From positions 504,873 through 568,872 of the forward strand of contig NW_005434650.1 in NCBI RefSeq assembly GCF_000315625.1: a stretch of DNA of 64,000 bases. Reading direction: 5' to 3'. The notes beneath the pieces were generated by a model. That model was given only the letters and a program-made list of their open reading frames with translations, did not search any database and was not told where the DNA came from. The first letter of the stretch is position 1. Each line of letters opens with the position of its first letter. The translations under genes were made by a program, and so were the position numbers. Source of the stretch: Guillardia theta CCMP2712. Lineage: Eukaryota > Protista > Cryptophyta. Below are positions 23,426 through 36,351 of the stretch, piece by piece.

Positions 23426-24550
23426 TCAAATTTCATCTTCCAGGTCTGCGAAGGGATCCAACTCGGGGAAGTCCCCAACCTGAGAGCCCAGAGTAAGAAC
23501 TCGAGCCGGGATTATATCGTGCACATCAATCTCTCACCTGCACAAGGTCTGGCCTTACAAACCCTCCGTACTTGTCCAGGCATTCGAAGTAGCTCACACC
23601 CTGCAGGAGAAAGCATCATGTTCTCTGAAGGGGAAAGAAGGTTCGTTGAAAGCACCTTGACACTTCCATCGTTCTTCCCCACTGGCTCATCGTACTGGAC
23701 TCCAACCCACCAACCTTCGATGGAGACCCTCAGTCACCGCAGCAAGCAAGATGCTTCAACCCACCTTTTGGTAGCTCGGGGATCTTCCCGACGTACTTCA
23801 CACAACCTCTTCGACCTCCTGCGACCTCGCATCGGTCACCTACCTTGATGGCAGAGGCTTCGGTCGCCATGTACTCGTCGTCTTCAATCTTGCTCTTCGA
23901 GTCGGACGAGGGTTCCATTCCCGCCTTGGCCTTGCGCGCGTCGATCTCTTTCTTGAGCGACCACTCCGGGTCCTCCTTCAGCTTCTCCTCCTTGAACTTG
24001 CGATATGTGTTCTTGCGGGCATTGTACGCTTCCTCGGAGATCTCGTACTTAGTGACCAATGAAACATCTTCCAGCCATCCACCAGCCGATAGCTGAACCA
24101 AAGTCAAGAGCGATGCATCGGAGGACATGAGATGCGGGAACTTACAGAGTTTGGATCGTCATCTACTATGTGCAGCCTGCAGCCGTCGTATGGGGAATAG
24201 TAACCAAGCATCTTGTCGTCCTCGCACTCAGACATTACCTGCCCCCGTTCATCGTACAAGAATAGCTGCAGCAAACCCACTGTCAGACCAAGCCGTCATA
24301 CTCTTATCGTACTCACTCTGTTACTTATGGCGGATGTACCACAATGGAATTCAAGTTTCTGCTTGACGGTACCGATTCTCATGTGTAGGTCTAGTCGAAT
24401 CTCTTGGAAGAACGTTTTCTTCAGGTTGCTGTGCGACACATGAAGAAGAACAGTGCTCTCTGCCTTGCGGCGCCCATCTTCTCCCATGCAATAGTCTCGA
24501 ATCGTTTGCTCTTCTCTAGAAAGCTGACGTCGGGGCGGTTGAACAGACAT
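23426..24550 (-). CDS. TBCB: Tubulin-folding cofactor B (Ubl + CAP-Gly)
   Basis: '[22 protein letters not shown]', '[18 protein letters not shown]', '[18 protein letters not shown]', '[17 protein letters not shown]', C-terminus 'DLEDEI*'. Confidence 0.95.
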
Positions 24551-25408
24551 GTTTTTGTCTTGACAAGGAAAGGAACCAGATGCCGAAACTGTCAGAATCC
24601 ATGTAAGACATCATTCTCCTCGATATACAAACATAATTGTTTCTACTATCAAACGCATGCTGTGAGGTGCTACTCGAAGGTTTCCTAGATCATTCTTCAC
24701 AAGAAACATCTGGGAGCAAAACCCATAGTACAGCTTCCCAGGTGCCTCAGAGTTCCTTCCATTTACTTTCTCCTCACTCTTGTCCTTTAATCTTGAAACA
24801 TTGACATATTCTTTCTTGAACTGTCTCTTATCTCCCCCTCTCGCTCCCTTCTCTACCCTGCCCTCTCCCTCGCCTCGCCTCCCCTCCCTTCAACTCCCGC
24901 CATTTTTCAAGGTCGTTCAAAAGGAACATGCGAGGGGACGAGGGTCAACTGAATCAGAAAAGGTTAATATTGTGAGGGGATGAGGGTCAGAATTGCTGCA
25001 GTTACAGACCAGTTACAAACTGCTGGGGATGAGGGACAGCGGCCGTTGAGTGACCTGTCTACGATGGGGTGGGGTATTATCTACAAGGGATGTTTTCAAT
25101 GTAAATTTTCCACTTACAGTAGGGTAGGGTAGTATCATGAAGGTAGACCCGTGCTGGGTGGGGACCGTTAGCGGCGAATGGGGATAGGCGGCGACAGTGA
25201 GTGGTGATGGCGTGAAAGGTAGCGAGATAGGATAAGGGGAGAAGATGAGGGGATGCAATGAATGCTATTATCAAAGAACAACGATAACGATAGCAGCATG
25301 ATCTGAAATCGAGCTGGTTACATCTTTTGTCCAAGGGTTGGAGCTCTTGAAATTGTGTATTCCGGGCGTCATCCTGGGATTTTCGACCGTTCACGGAGTG
25401 GCTGAAAG

Positions 25409-26368
25409 ATGGTTCTTGTACCTGACGATGATGTCAAAGTAGAGTCCGAATTGTATCAACAGTTGAGGAGAGATCTGGGAAAGAACTTTGAGTTGTTTGC
25501 CAGCACTGTGGGTCTGAAGGAATGGAAGAAGAAAGGAGAATTTGTGCAACCAGAACAGCAGCTCGGCAGCAAGCGGAATGCCCTTGCATTTCCTCCTCTC
25601 CTCACACGATGGTCCCTACGGCAAACGAAGGAAGTTGTAAAGGACACTGGTAAACCAATCCGATTGAGTGAGCAAACCAAGGGGCTGCTGGACAAAGTGC
25701 TGGGTCCGAAGCGGGTGGACACGCTGATGACGAACATTGGCTTCGACCAGCGGCCAGCCCGCGATGTAGATGTACAGGAGAAAGAAGTGAAAGTGTTTGC
25801 TGCTGCGTGGGGGGCCGATGCTACCATGCCGAACTATGATCTCAACGGAACATGGAAGGCCAGGAGGCGACACCCAGTGTACAGCAATACAGTAGACATC
25901 ACAGACCTCGCTTCCTTGCAGCTCGGAAAGCTGGATGACGATAGGAGAAACCTGGTGGGAGTGGGATCGAGAGTGCCTGATGTCGTCAAGTTCCGCCCCA
26001 AGGAAGGGCCTCAAGCTCCTCATCACACCAAAGTGAACGGGAAGTTCTACTGGCCACACATGACGAACCCGGTGGCGAAGATTCCCGTGCGGGTGGAGCC
26101 GCAGCGGAAGGTAGGAAGACACACGTGTGTGTGTTGATCGCAAATGGTCGGCTGAGGTTCCATTCAGGTGAAGAAAGTCTCGGATTGGCTGGTCTTCTAT
26201 GGTGAGCCTAACCCTGATAAAATCCCGACCGGGACCATGACAACGTTCGAACCAATCGCAAAGATTGTAGCAGGAGGCAAGAGTCTGGCAAAGAACGCAT
26301 CTTGCAAGGTGGATGGACGGACTTGGAAGAGGGAGTTCGATCAGATGCGCGGGATGACAACAAAATGA
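25409..26368 (+). CDS. Hypothetical protein (at least one intron, 26111-26167)
   Basis: 242-aa ORF joins via a GT-AG intron to an exon ending 'FDQMRGMTTK*'. No recognised domain. Confidence 0.6.
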
Positions 26369-28442
26369 AACTGTGACTTGATCTCTGCTTGCTATGCATA
26401 CTGAGCCCCACGGAGTCCCACCGTACGGTACTGGCAGGCTGCCTGGCCGCATAATTCACGACTGGTCAATCTGTGACGCGGCCGCCCCGCCCACACACCG
26501 GGCCAGCAGCCTGACAGTCTCACGGCGGCTAGTCATCAGTCGCCGGGTGACGGAGGCTCGACTGCGGCGGCAATGAGTGCCGGCGGCGGTCCGACCGTGG
26601 CACTGTCAACTTGTGCTGAGTGACTCAGTCACCAGTGCTGAGACTCCAACTCGCGCGCGGGAACTTGATTAGCGTACTACGGTAAATAGACCGCTTCAAG
26701 TACCGTCTGCCGCACTGCGGCAGTGCCACCACACTGACACGGCAGCTCAGGCTGAGTCACCGTGATGATCATCGGATCCGTGGCATAGTGAGGGCGCGGC
26801 CGACGGTGCGCGCCGGGCCGCCGGACTCCGGGATCGGACCAGACGCGGCCCGGCGGCCCAAGCCTATCCCGGCCCGGCCAGTGGCACGGAGGCTCGGAGT
26901 CCGACGACGGTCTGGCGGCCCCACCAGGGCCAGAGGCTGCCAGGGAGGCGGGCTCGGTGCAGCTGCAGCCCACGGGCATTTTTTTGTACTCAGCAGATTT
27001 TTACGTCTGATCAGATGGAACCGGGAAATGTTTTCGTTTTCCGAATGTAGTTTTCAAATTTTCTTGAATATTTTGATACAATCTTCTCTAGATTTGAAGT
27101 TTCAGGCGATCAGATCGAGTCAAAGGGACCAAAGGGACCCCGAGAACCACCTAGAGAGGCGCACTAAAAGGTATTGATGTAAGTTTAAATCCAGGCTTAT
27201 TAAAATGGCAACATTCGGGTGAGAAGTACTTTTTTGGTCTATCATTGGTACAGTTGGAAACTATTTGTAATGTGATTTTTTCTTTAAAATGTTTTGAGGG
27301 TTCTATCGAGGTTTTTAATTGGTTTATAAAAAACTTTTATATCAAGTTTTTGATTTTAAATGATACATGTGAGTTATAGGCATCTTTCTTTTTTTCTTCG
27401 CAGGTGCATCCATCAGCACGTGCGGACTTATTTTAAAAGTAGATTCTTAAAACTTTTTATAAATATATGTATTTTTCTACGATTGGCCAAAAACTTCGTA
27501 CCATTGAATATTGTGGCCTAGAAAGTGTCTACCGGTTTCCAATATTGAATTTAAGAATCGAAATCTTGTACCGCGGGACCTCTATTTGATGTTTCTTCTG
27601 CACCGTACAACGGTACAACAAGCAAAGGTACATCGACAATAAATATTTTAACGAAACATTCTATAAAGGTCGTAATTTCAGTACTGAGCTACCATGCTAG
27701 CTTTCACTGTATCTACCAGGTCCCTACTACTCAATAAAGTTTTACGAATTCATTACAACCCCACCCCCTACTATCAACTACATTCCACTTGTACCCGTGT
27801 AAAATCGGATTTTGGGATCGTACCCTACCCCCCTTATTACCATTCCAACCTTCAACCACTCCACCCCCAACTCCCAAGTACCCCTGAGGTCTCCACTAGG
27901 AGAAGGCCATTGTCGTCTGCCGGTGTCAAAATTAACCACCCCCACCCCCTACGAACTGTACCTCAAAGGCCTGGCCCCGTCCCGACAACCCCCACCAATT
28001 CTATTTCCGGTCAGAATTTTTAAATATTTCAGTCAACCCAACAGATTTAAAAAAGAAAAAAGTCCCGCGCGTGCGACGAACAAAAATCAATTTTATAACA
28101 GTACCAGTAATTTGGAAAGTACTGTTTTCGATTTTTTAAAAATCGAAGCCACACGTCATTCCCCCCGCCTCCCCCCTGACCCTCTCTTTGCTGCTCCACC
28201 CTCCCTCCCCTCCCCCTCCCGCTCTCGCCGTCTGCTCCCCCCCGCTACCTCCTCCCTCACCTTGACCTCCAGGCTCTGGTGGGTTCCGAGGAGGTGCGGC
28301 GTGACCTCTATCACGAGGCTGGAAGGGGCTGCAGTTGCGAAACTTGTGAGATCGAAAAGCTTGAGGTGGGAGAGAGGAACGGAGAACTGCAGAAAGGAGA
28401 CATGCCAGTGCGAAGCCTTCCTCCTGTTTGATTGCGTTGAAG

Positions 28443-29021
28443 ATGCCACCAAACGATGTTACGAGCGGAAAGACCTACTTGGAACTGATCCAGTCCACAT
28501 GCCCAAAGCCCTCGCAGGAAACTGCACAACCACCACCCAAGAGCAAGAGAGAGCGAGCGGAAGAGAATTGGAAGATTCTGGTGAGATCATACCCCAGATT
28601 TGATTCCTTCTCTTCATGCCACTAGATCGCCATCCTCTTTGACCTGCTCTAACTTGCTTGCGCGCAGGATGGAATCATCAAAGAGTCCGGGCAGTATGAG
28701 AAGGGTTCGGAGCAGCGCGCCAAATGCCTCGAGCGGCTGCACGAAGTTCTCAGGAGGATCTCGAAGAGGCCCAGGACGGACGGCATGTCCTCTCCCGGCA
28801 AGAAGAAGATCTACAGCAGCGCTCAGGAGGAGTTCATCGACTTCCTAGCCCCGTCCTGCAGTATCTGCGGCCAGGCGTACGACGGAGGGTGCAAGTGTGA
28901 CGAGCTGGCAGCGAATGCCGAGTCGTTCCTTGCCCCGGACGAAGAGCTTGCCGATAGCTCCTCGAATAACGATGGGACGTCGAGCGAGACCACCAACGGG
29001 AGCCCCTCGGGTGATGCTTGA
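28443..29021 (+). CDS. Small hypothetical protein with a CxxC..CxC cluster and acidic tail
   Basis: 'ENWKIL|DGIIKESG' joined across a GT-AG intron (~28581-28667). Contains 'CSICGQAYDGGCKC'. Start uncertain. Confidence 0.5.
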
Positions 29022-29536
29022 GGGGGCTGGAGAAGGAAGAGGTGTTGACGAGGGATGACTGGGACGAAGAGATTCTTGTGCTTGCTTGTGGACAAGCAGG
29101 AAGTGTTGATGACGTGTTCATTGTGCTCCGCCTCGTAGACGATGGTGTATTTTGATCAGCGTGTACATACAAGGTTGTGAAGGTTTGTGTTTTGACATGG
29201 CGTGAGACTTAAGTCGTGATTGCATGCTTTGAAACCGTTTGTGGAATAATAAAGCTTTTGATTTCACGTGAATGGGACAACCGTAAAGCAGACTTCCTCA
29301 TTGGCACGTTGCTTGTGACATCGTTACATCTCGCTTACCACCTTACACCTTTGAGAACTTGTGCAGAGCGAGAAGTTGATTGCATAATGTAGAAACTACT
29401 CGTGTTTCCTGAAGCAATATATGTCACAGCAGTGTTGGAGTTCAGGATGTTGACATCTTCGACATTGTAATTTTCATCTAACTTCACATTCTGACATTGC
29501 TGCCGACCTCAACATGTTCAAAATAACTCGACATTC

Positions 29537-32500
29537 TTACACATTCATGATACTCTCGCTCGAGTGGTTCAAAACTTCCTGGGCCTGCAGTCTCATCAGC
29601 TGCACATCATGGTCAGTTGTCTTTGGCAACACCTTGCGGAGGGCGGAGGGAGTGGCGCCTGCCTGTTTGAGAGCATCGAGCACGCGCGCCTGTGCCATCG
29701 GAAAGTCAGAAGATGACAATGAAGGGAGAGAGGGAGAGAGAGGGAGAGGAGAGAGGGAGGAGGGAGGTGGGAGAACGGAGGGATTTTTTAGGAGTTAAAG
29801 GAAGAGAGGAAGGAAGAAAAAGGATTGGGGGGCGGGGGGGAAGGGAGCAAAACAGGGGAGAAACCGACCTGCGCCTCTTCCTTGATGCTCAAGACTGCTC
29901 GCCGGCTCTCAATCTGCCGCCATTCCGCTGCGAGCTCGCTGATCTCTCGGATGCCAGTGTCATGACGAGGGACCGGAGGGCTCATGTAGCTCCAGTTCCC
30001 ATTCGGCGCTACCTGGTAGGAGGGCCTGGCAGGGGTGCTGCGTCCTGCTGTGGACGGCGGGGTAGCTGTGGACGGCGGGGTAGCTGTGGAGGGCATGGGA
30101 GGAGAGAGGTTGGTGTTGGCTACTTCGCCATATGGAGCATGCAAGTGCTGCTGAGGCTGCTGAGGCGTATCGGGCAAGGAGCTGTTGGAGTCCCTGCTCG
30201 GGCTCGTCGCCTGCCGCATGCGGGTAGTCCTGTGTGCCGCAGCTCTCCTGAACATCGAGAGTCAGCCGAGGACGAGACACAACGAGCGCTTGCCTGGAGT
30301 CGCCGGAGGCGTGAGGGGACGGAGCCAAGTGCTGGTCGATGTCGAAGAAGCGGAGGAGGTTGTCAACAGAGGCGTTCTGGCTGTCGCTGACCTGCGCCTT
30401 GTACTGCTCCAGCTCCTTCTCCATGGCCTCGCTCGGATCTTCCCCACCAGCACCATCGTCCTGACTTTCTCGTGCCGCCTGGCCCATGTGCTCGAAGCGC
30501 AGGAGGCTCGAAGTGTCCGGCGTCTCAGATTGCAAGTCATCCGCCCCTGCCCTCCTCGCGTCCCCCATCCTCGAGCTCCTGTTGACGCCCTCGCTCCTCC
30601 CGCTTCTCTCGAGCTCATGCATGGGAAGCCGGTTCGTCAACTCCCGTCTGAAAGTCTCCTCGGCATCCAACCTGCCCCTCAGCTTCCAGACCTGCTCCTG
30701 CAGCGCCTCCTTCTGCACCTCCATCAGCAGGCGTTCAACCAAGTCAGAGGTCAAGGTTACCTCGAGATCTGGGTACTTGACGTCTGCTGCCGGGGCCGCC
30801 TGTACTGCCATCTCTGCTCTCTCAGGCTGCGCCCCTTGCCTGGACCAGGACGAGCCCACGACAGTCTCGAGCTCTCGCGCCAGCTCCCTGCAGGCGACCA
30901 GGTCGGAGGTCAGCGCGTTGAGATGCTTCTGGAGGATCAGCTTCTGATGGCTGCTGCTCTCCATCTCTCGGGTGAGGTAGGAGACGATCTTCTCCACCTC
31001 CCTCTTCATGTGCAACTCCCTCCCCACGTGCTGCTGGCTCTGCGACAGAGAGCAGTCCAGGTCGTTCCGCAGCGTCTCGATCTGTTGCCGCAATTGCACG
31101 CACTCTTGCTCGGCCAGCAGCGTTTTCTCCCGGTGCTCCCCGATCTCCTGCGACAGCTCCTCGAAGTGCTGCTCACGCTTTTGGTGCTCGGACAGAGCAT
31201 TCTCAAGCTCGTGGCGGTCCCTCTGCAGCATGTTGTGGACATGGCGGATGTGCGTCAGCTCCTTCTCCAGGTAGTCGATGGCAGCCTTGTCCTCCTCACT
31301 CTGCGATCGCGACTCGACCTGGAAGGTTTCGAAGTCGGTGCGGAGCTTGTCGTAGGCGTCCAGAAGGATATGCTTCTCCTCCTTCTCGTTCTCGTGGGCC
31401 TCCATCGCCGCCTCCTTCGCAATGATCGCTCCCTTGAGCTCCTTGCGAAGACTTTGCAGAGTCTGCTCCAGCAGCGCCACCTTGCACTCGTCTCGCCCTG
31501 AGTCTGAAGAGTAGAAGGGGCGGAAGTGCTCGTAGTTGGTCAGGGAGCTCCGAAGACTGTCGACCTCCCGGTGTGCAGAGGCGATGGCTTCTTGCAGCTC
31601 CGACTCTCTTCGCTTGCAGCGCTCGACCATGACTCTGTGTCTGCTCAGCTCCTGAGTGACGTTGTTGCTGTGGTTGATTGAATCTGTGAGCGCTTTCTTC
31701 AGCCTCTCGACCTCCCTGTCCTTGAGAATCAGCATGTCGTCGAATCTCTTCGTCGCGTCCTCCTGCCCTTGCAGATTCGCTCGCTCCCTCATCAGCAAGC
31801 CCTTCTCCGCCTCCAGAACCTCCGACTTGAGAGACCTGATGTGTCCCTCCAGCATCTCCGTCTGCTTCTGCGACTGCTTCAGCTTGAACGAGTACGAGGT
31901 CTCCAGGCCTTGCTTCTGCTCTGCCAGATTTTCAAACTGCCGGGAGAGGCTTTGAAGCTCCTGCTGGGACATTCTGAGTTTGGATTCCAGGCTCACAATC
32001 TCAATCCGGAGCTCATGATTTTCACTTCGGAGCTGCTCATTGGCACGGAGCTGCTCATTCAGCTCCTCTTTGAAGCAGTCGTCATTCCCAGCCTCTCTCG
32101 AATGCTCGATCCGCGTCTGCCTACTCAGGATCGATTTTTTCTCAGAGCTTGCTGCTGCCTTCTTGTGAGTCTTCGCCTTGGTTGCTGATCCCGGCGTGTC
32201 CGCCAAACTTTGCTTCTTCGAGCTGCTCTTGGGCTTCATTTTCTTCGCTGGGGACTGCGAGACGACCTTGCTCGTTCCCATCCGCGCGCTCGGAGTGTGC
32301 TTCCCTGCCATCATGGCGCTCGAAGAGCTTCGTCAGCCTCAAGCAATCACGGGCACAGAGGTGGCGTAAGGACGCCTGCCATGAGGCATGAGCTTGTTCC
32401 CCCTCGAACAGCGTCTCGATGACGCTGCGCTCATTCGACCAACTTCGCGTTGAAAACTTGCCTGCATCGGAAATCTCAGCACTCGCATGCCAAGATGAAC

Positions 32501-32560
32501 TCTCCACAGCTGTCTTCCTCTCTTCCAAGTCCTCCTTACATCCATGCTAGTCTCTGCCTG
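29537..32560 (-). CDS. Long coiled-coil protein (multi-exon)
   Basis: 784-aa E/L/Q/K-rich heptad ORF (29960-32314). A GC-AG intron (30248-30293) shifts to a C-terminal frame, and a further intron leads to the final exon ending at 29537. 5' end uncertain. Confidence 0.7.
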
Positions 32561-32818
32561 CATCTGCATTCCCTCCTAGCTCCACATCTCCATCCTCCTC
32601 CCTTCTGCGTCGATACGCGTTACACATCCTGTGTTATTCGTTTCATGTATTCCACCTCGATCTGCTGTCGACGACTTTCTGCACTCTTCTTCTCGATTCT
32701 TCTTTCCCTCTATTCTCTCCCAGATTCTTCTTCTCGTCCATCAATGGGGTTCCCCTGCCAACGAAACATTGCGAGCAACGTGAAATAAACTCAATCCCGA
32801 TCGCTTTCTACTTTATCT

Positions 32819-32927
32819 CCTACTCCTTTCTCTGTCACCACTTTCTCTTCGTCTCCTCCCTTTCTTCCACCTCCTACTCCTTTCTCTGTCACTACTTTCT
32901 CTTCGTCTCCTCCCTTTCTTCCACCTC
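32819..32927 (+). repeat. 54-bp tandem duplication, pyrimidine-rich
   Basis: CCTACTCCTTTCTCTGTCACYACTTTCTCTTCGTCTCCTCCCTTTCTTCCACCT occurs twice. Confidence 0.85.
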
Positions 32928-33831
32928 CCTTTGCGTCTCCTCTCCTCCTCTAGCTATCATCCTCCACTACCCTCGCTCGCCATTCCTCTGCCCTTCAACG
33001 CTACATTTCGCGCCTTAATTTCGACTCTATCATCTTAATCCATATCTGTAGTCCTTAATTTCAAACCTTGACTCCCTATTTCCCTCCTTAATTCGTCGAC
33101 GTTCTTTTTATTGTTTTGTTGAGGCAGACTCGGTTCGAGTGAAATCCGAGGGTGGGTACTCAATTCGAAAGTACCCACCAATTCAACGCAATTTCCCTAG
33201 TAATAATTATGGTGGGGTAGTGGAGAAAATCATGAAATAATAGTGGTGGGGGTGGACAGACACCTCAGATTCACGGAATGCAAGGGAGGAAATGAAGTAA
33301 CAGGCAGCAGGGAGCGAGAAGACGGGAAGAGATGGAGCTTGTGGACGAGAACAACAAGAGGATACATGGGAGAGACGATGAGGAAGCGAAAGAATGTGCA
33401 TGAAAGAGCAGCGGAGGAGGAGCAAGTGGAGTTAACATCAGCAGAGGATTGAGCGGAAAGGGGTTGTAAGAAAGGAAACGTGGACTTGAGGCAAGATTCG
33501 GGGGAGGGGAGGGGGAGGAAGGAGAGAGGGAGGAAAGAGAGAGACGTTACAAGTCATGCAGAAACAGAGATGTAGTCAAGGTTTAAGGTTCTCTGCGAGA
33601 GTTTTCCGTTCAGGAGGAAGGTGTGGCACTAGTGAAGCAAGAATGAGGACGTTGTGGTGAGTCCAAGGTTTTGGTGGGCAAAAGGTTGTGGTTGTGGAGG
33701 CAATGAACCATGCACGTGGTGGAAACGTGCGACGGAAGCGCAACTTGTTACTTGCTAGCTCGACATCTCACATCTATACCTTTTCCAGATGTTCTTCGCT
33801 TCAACTTGACCATCCAAGAGATTCGCTCGTC

Positions 33832-34614
33832 ATGATTCGTGCCATCTGTAGAAGGGCAGTGCACACCACTACTTGCAAGTCCTGGAAACTACATGGCACA
33901 ACAACGCCTACATCCATCAAGCATGTGAAAATCCTGCAGACTGCAAAGAGATGGACTCCATGGCCCATACACGGCAGGGCTTTCTGCGCGCAAGAAGACA
34001 ATCTGTCGCTGGTGTACAAGTCTGTGGCAAGCGGAGAAAGGTTGTCTCAGAAGGAATACAACGCGCTGAAGGACAGGCCGGCATTGTTTGTGAAGGAGGA
34101 TGGAACAACAGAGAACTTGACACTTGCACAATGTGTGATCAAGGCAAAGGAAGAAGACTTGGATCCTGTCCTTGTCCGACAGGATGAAGAAATGCTCGTG
34201 GTGAAGCTGATGGATGCAGGGAAGACGAGGCATTTGATGCAAAAGAAGAAGAAGGAGGCTGCCAAGAAGTCCGAGACCTCAGTCCTCAAGGAGGTTAGGC
34301 TTGGACTGAACATCGGTCAGCATGATCTGGATTTCAAGATGAAACAGGCTAAGGAGTTCCTTGCCAAGAACAACAAAGTGAAGCTTTACATCCAACTCCG
34401 AGGAGCAGACTTCTACAGGTCTCAAAACAAAGCTGCAGCCCTTCTCAAAGAAATCAGCACACAAGTGAAGGAAGTTGGGGTCCCTGACGAGCAGACGACC
34501 ATGACTGGCAATGTTGTAAGCCTCTTTGTAAGCCCCATGAAAGGGCAAGGGAAGAAAAGCAAAGCAGAAGCGAAAGTTAAGCAACAAGAGGTAGCACCAA
34601 GTCCTCCTCAATGA
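33832..34614 (+). CDS. infC: Translation initiation factor IF-3, probably mitochondrial
   Basis: 'DLDPVLV..VVKLMDAGK' and 'LKEVRLGLNIGQHDLDFKMKQAKEFLAKNNKVKLYIQLRG'. Basic N-terminal presequence MIRAICRRAVH. Intronless. Confidence 0.88.
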   Translation: MIRAICRRAVHTTTCKSWKLHGTTTPTSIKHVKILQTAKRWTPWPIHGRAFCAQEDNLSLVYKSVASGERLSQKEYNALKDRPALFVKEDGTTENLTLAQCVIKAKEEDLDPVLVRQDEEMLVVKLMDAGKTRHLMQKKKKEAAKKSETSVLKEVRLGLNIGQHDLDFKMKQAKEFLAKNNKVKLYIQLRGADFYRSQNKAAALLKEISTQVKEVGVPDEQTTMTGNVVSLFVSPMKGQGKKSKAEAKVKQQEVAPSPPQ

Positions 34615-34909
34615 CTTGCTCAACTGATTTAAGCATTGTCCTGCACTACTTATTCAATCTATCCAGAATTCTTTTAATGTGGAATCTACTTAAGAATGAA
34701 TCTTGAGGGAACACTAAGCATGTCTTGAAACCACAAAATCACGTAGGTGAACACAGTGCAAGAGATTGAAATTGCTTTCATGAAGAGCCTGCCCGGCATC
34801 AAAAACTCATTGACATCCTCCTGACACATGAATCCGAACAATACAGAAATGCTTTATGGTTTATTGTTTTCAAGAGCGTTTTTAGTTCCTATCGATAGCT
34901 GATGAAGGA

Positions 34910-35551
34910 TTATGCGGACTTCGCCTCCTCTGCCGTAGAGGGCTTGAGGAGGGCTTCGATGGTGTACTTGAATCCATTGTTCTCATTGAAGGTCTTCGTC
35001 AGCTCTGCTACCTGCGCATCATCCAAGTTGGGTTTGTTATTCTCATCTGCAAGCTCCAGCGCCTGCTCCCTCACGGCCTCTCCGAGACTCTTCTCGAGGC
35101 ATTCGAGGATTACAAACTGCTTCACCTTCGGGATCATGAATGGAGGGATGCTTCCCTTACGGAATCCAGGGAACTGCGCGTTCTTCTTGAAGTCCTTCAT
35201 GATAGCAGCTGCAGAGTCAATCTCAAGTCAATATCGAACTTTTTACAGACAAGAAGTTCACTTACTGTATGAATCCTTCGACATCTGACCATCTACTGTT
35301 ACAGTGAACTTGTACTTTGCTGCATTCCCCTCGCCTTCTTCCAACTTCTCAACCGTGTACCAGTCCGATGCCATACTTAAAGCAGTGGTTCCTTGCCTGA
35401 CATTATTCCTCGCCGAAGAGGAGAGGCATGTGTTCAGGCGGGGTGTGCTCGCTGATCGTAGAGCAAGAGATGAGCTGCAGGAGGAGGGGAGCATGAACGC
35501 TTCTCCCGCTGCCGCCATGCCGGCAAGCATCAGGGCGACCTTGGCCAGCAT
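34910..35551 (-). CDS. Plastid-targeted trigger factor, ribosome-binding (N) domain only
   Basis: Signal peptide, then GEA-F, then a Ser-rich transit peptide. Trigger factor signature 'PGFRKGSIP'. Intron 35209-35265. Stop follows the N domain. Confidence 0.85.
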
Positions 35552-36351
35552 TGTGTCCTTGCAGTGGCCTCCTGGTGGAGAGCCACATCCCCACTAAGAC
35601 TTCGACCTGCCCGGCGGCCGCCGGGCCCCTGGCCGGGCCCGACCCGGCAGGCTGCTACAGGAGCCATTACCCCACCCCACCAATTCTCAGAGAAATGTTC
35701 GGATGGTGGTGGTGGGGTGGTTTTGTGGAGTAGAGTGGGTACTTGAAAGTGGGGGTGTAGATCTCTCAAACGGTGAATAGGAAGGGTGGTTTCAAAAAGA
35801 GGGGTCATGTGAAAGGGTGTTGAAAGGTATATCATACTACAACACTGGGTACAACCACCGTAGTTGTCTGTGCTATGGGGTTATCAGATGTTTAAGGTGG
35901 TGGGGGTGATCAAAAAGGGGTGATGAATGGGGGTGGGTACACAACAATCAGATGGCGTAGATCATTTCGGAACCAGAGAAAGTTGGGTGATGGAGGGGAG
36001 GGCGAGGAGGGTGAGATGAGGAAGAACGATTCCCGATCACATCTTGTTCATCATGTCCCTCATATCATCGTGTGAAATCATCACTCATGTTGAGATTGCT
36101 TTGTGGTGATGTGGCGGCGTCAAGGTCGTAAGGAATGCATTGAAAAGGACCTTGCTTTCCATGGCACTAGCTCTGGATTTAAATCCTGTTGCTCGAGGTT
36201 AGGGGCTGCAGATCCCACTGAAATCATATTGAATGTCTTCACTTCTGAGCGAATATCTAATTTTGCGCGATCTTCCTGCTTGCACCCATTACTTCTGTCT
36301 GATCTCTTTGCCATCTGTTTGCTCAGGTTGATTGGAAAGACAGAACGGAAG

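Noticed and set aside
30185-31501. Long antisense ORFs (438 aa here; 451 aa at 46170-47525)
   Set aside because: They are shadow frames opposite GC-rich real genes and contain no recognisable domain.
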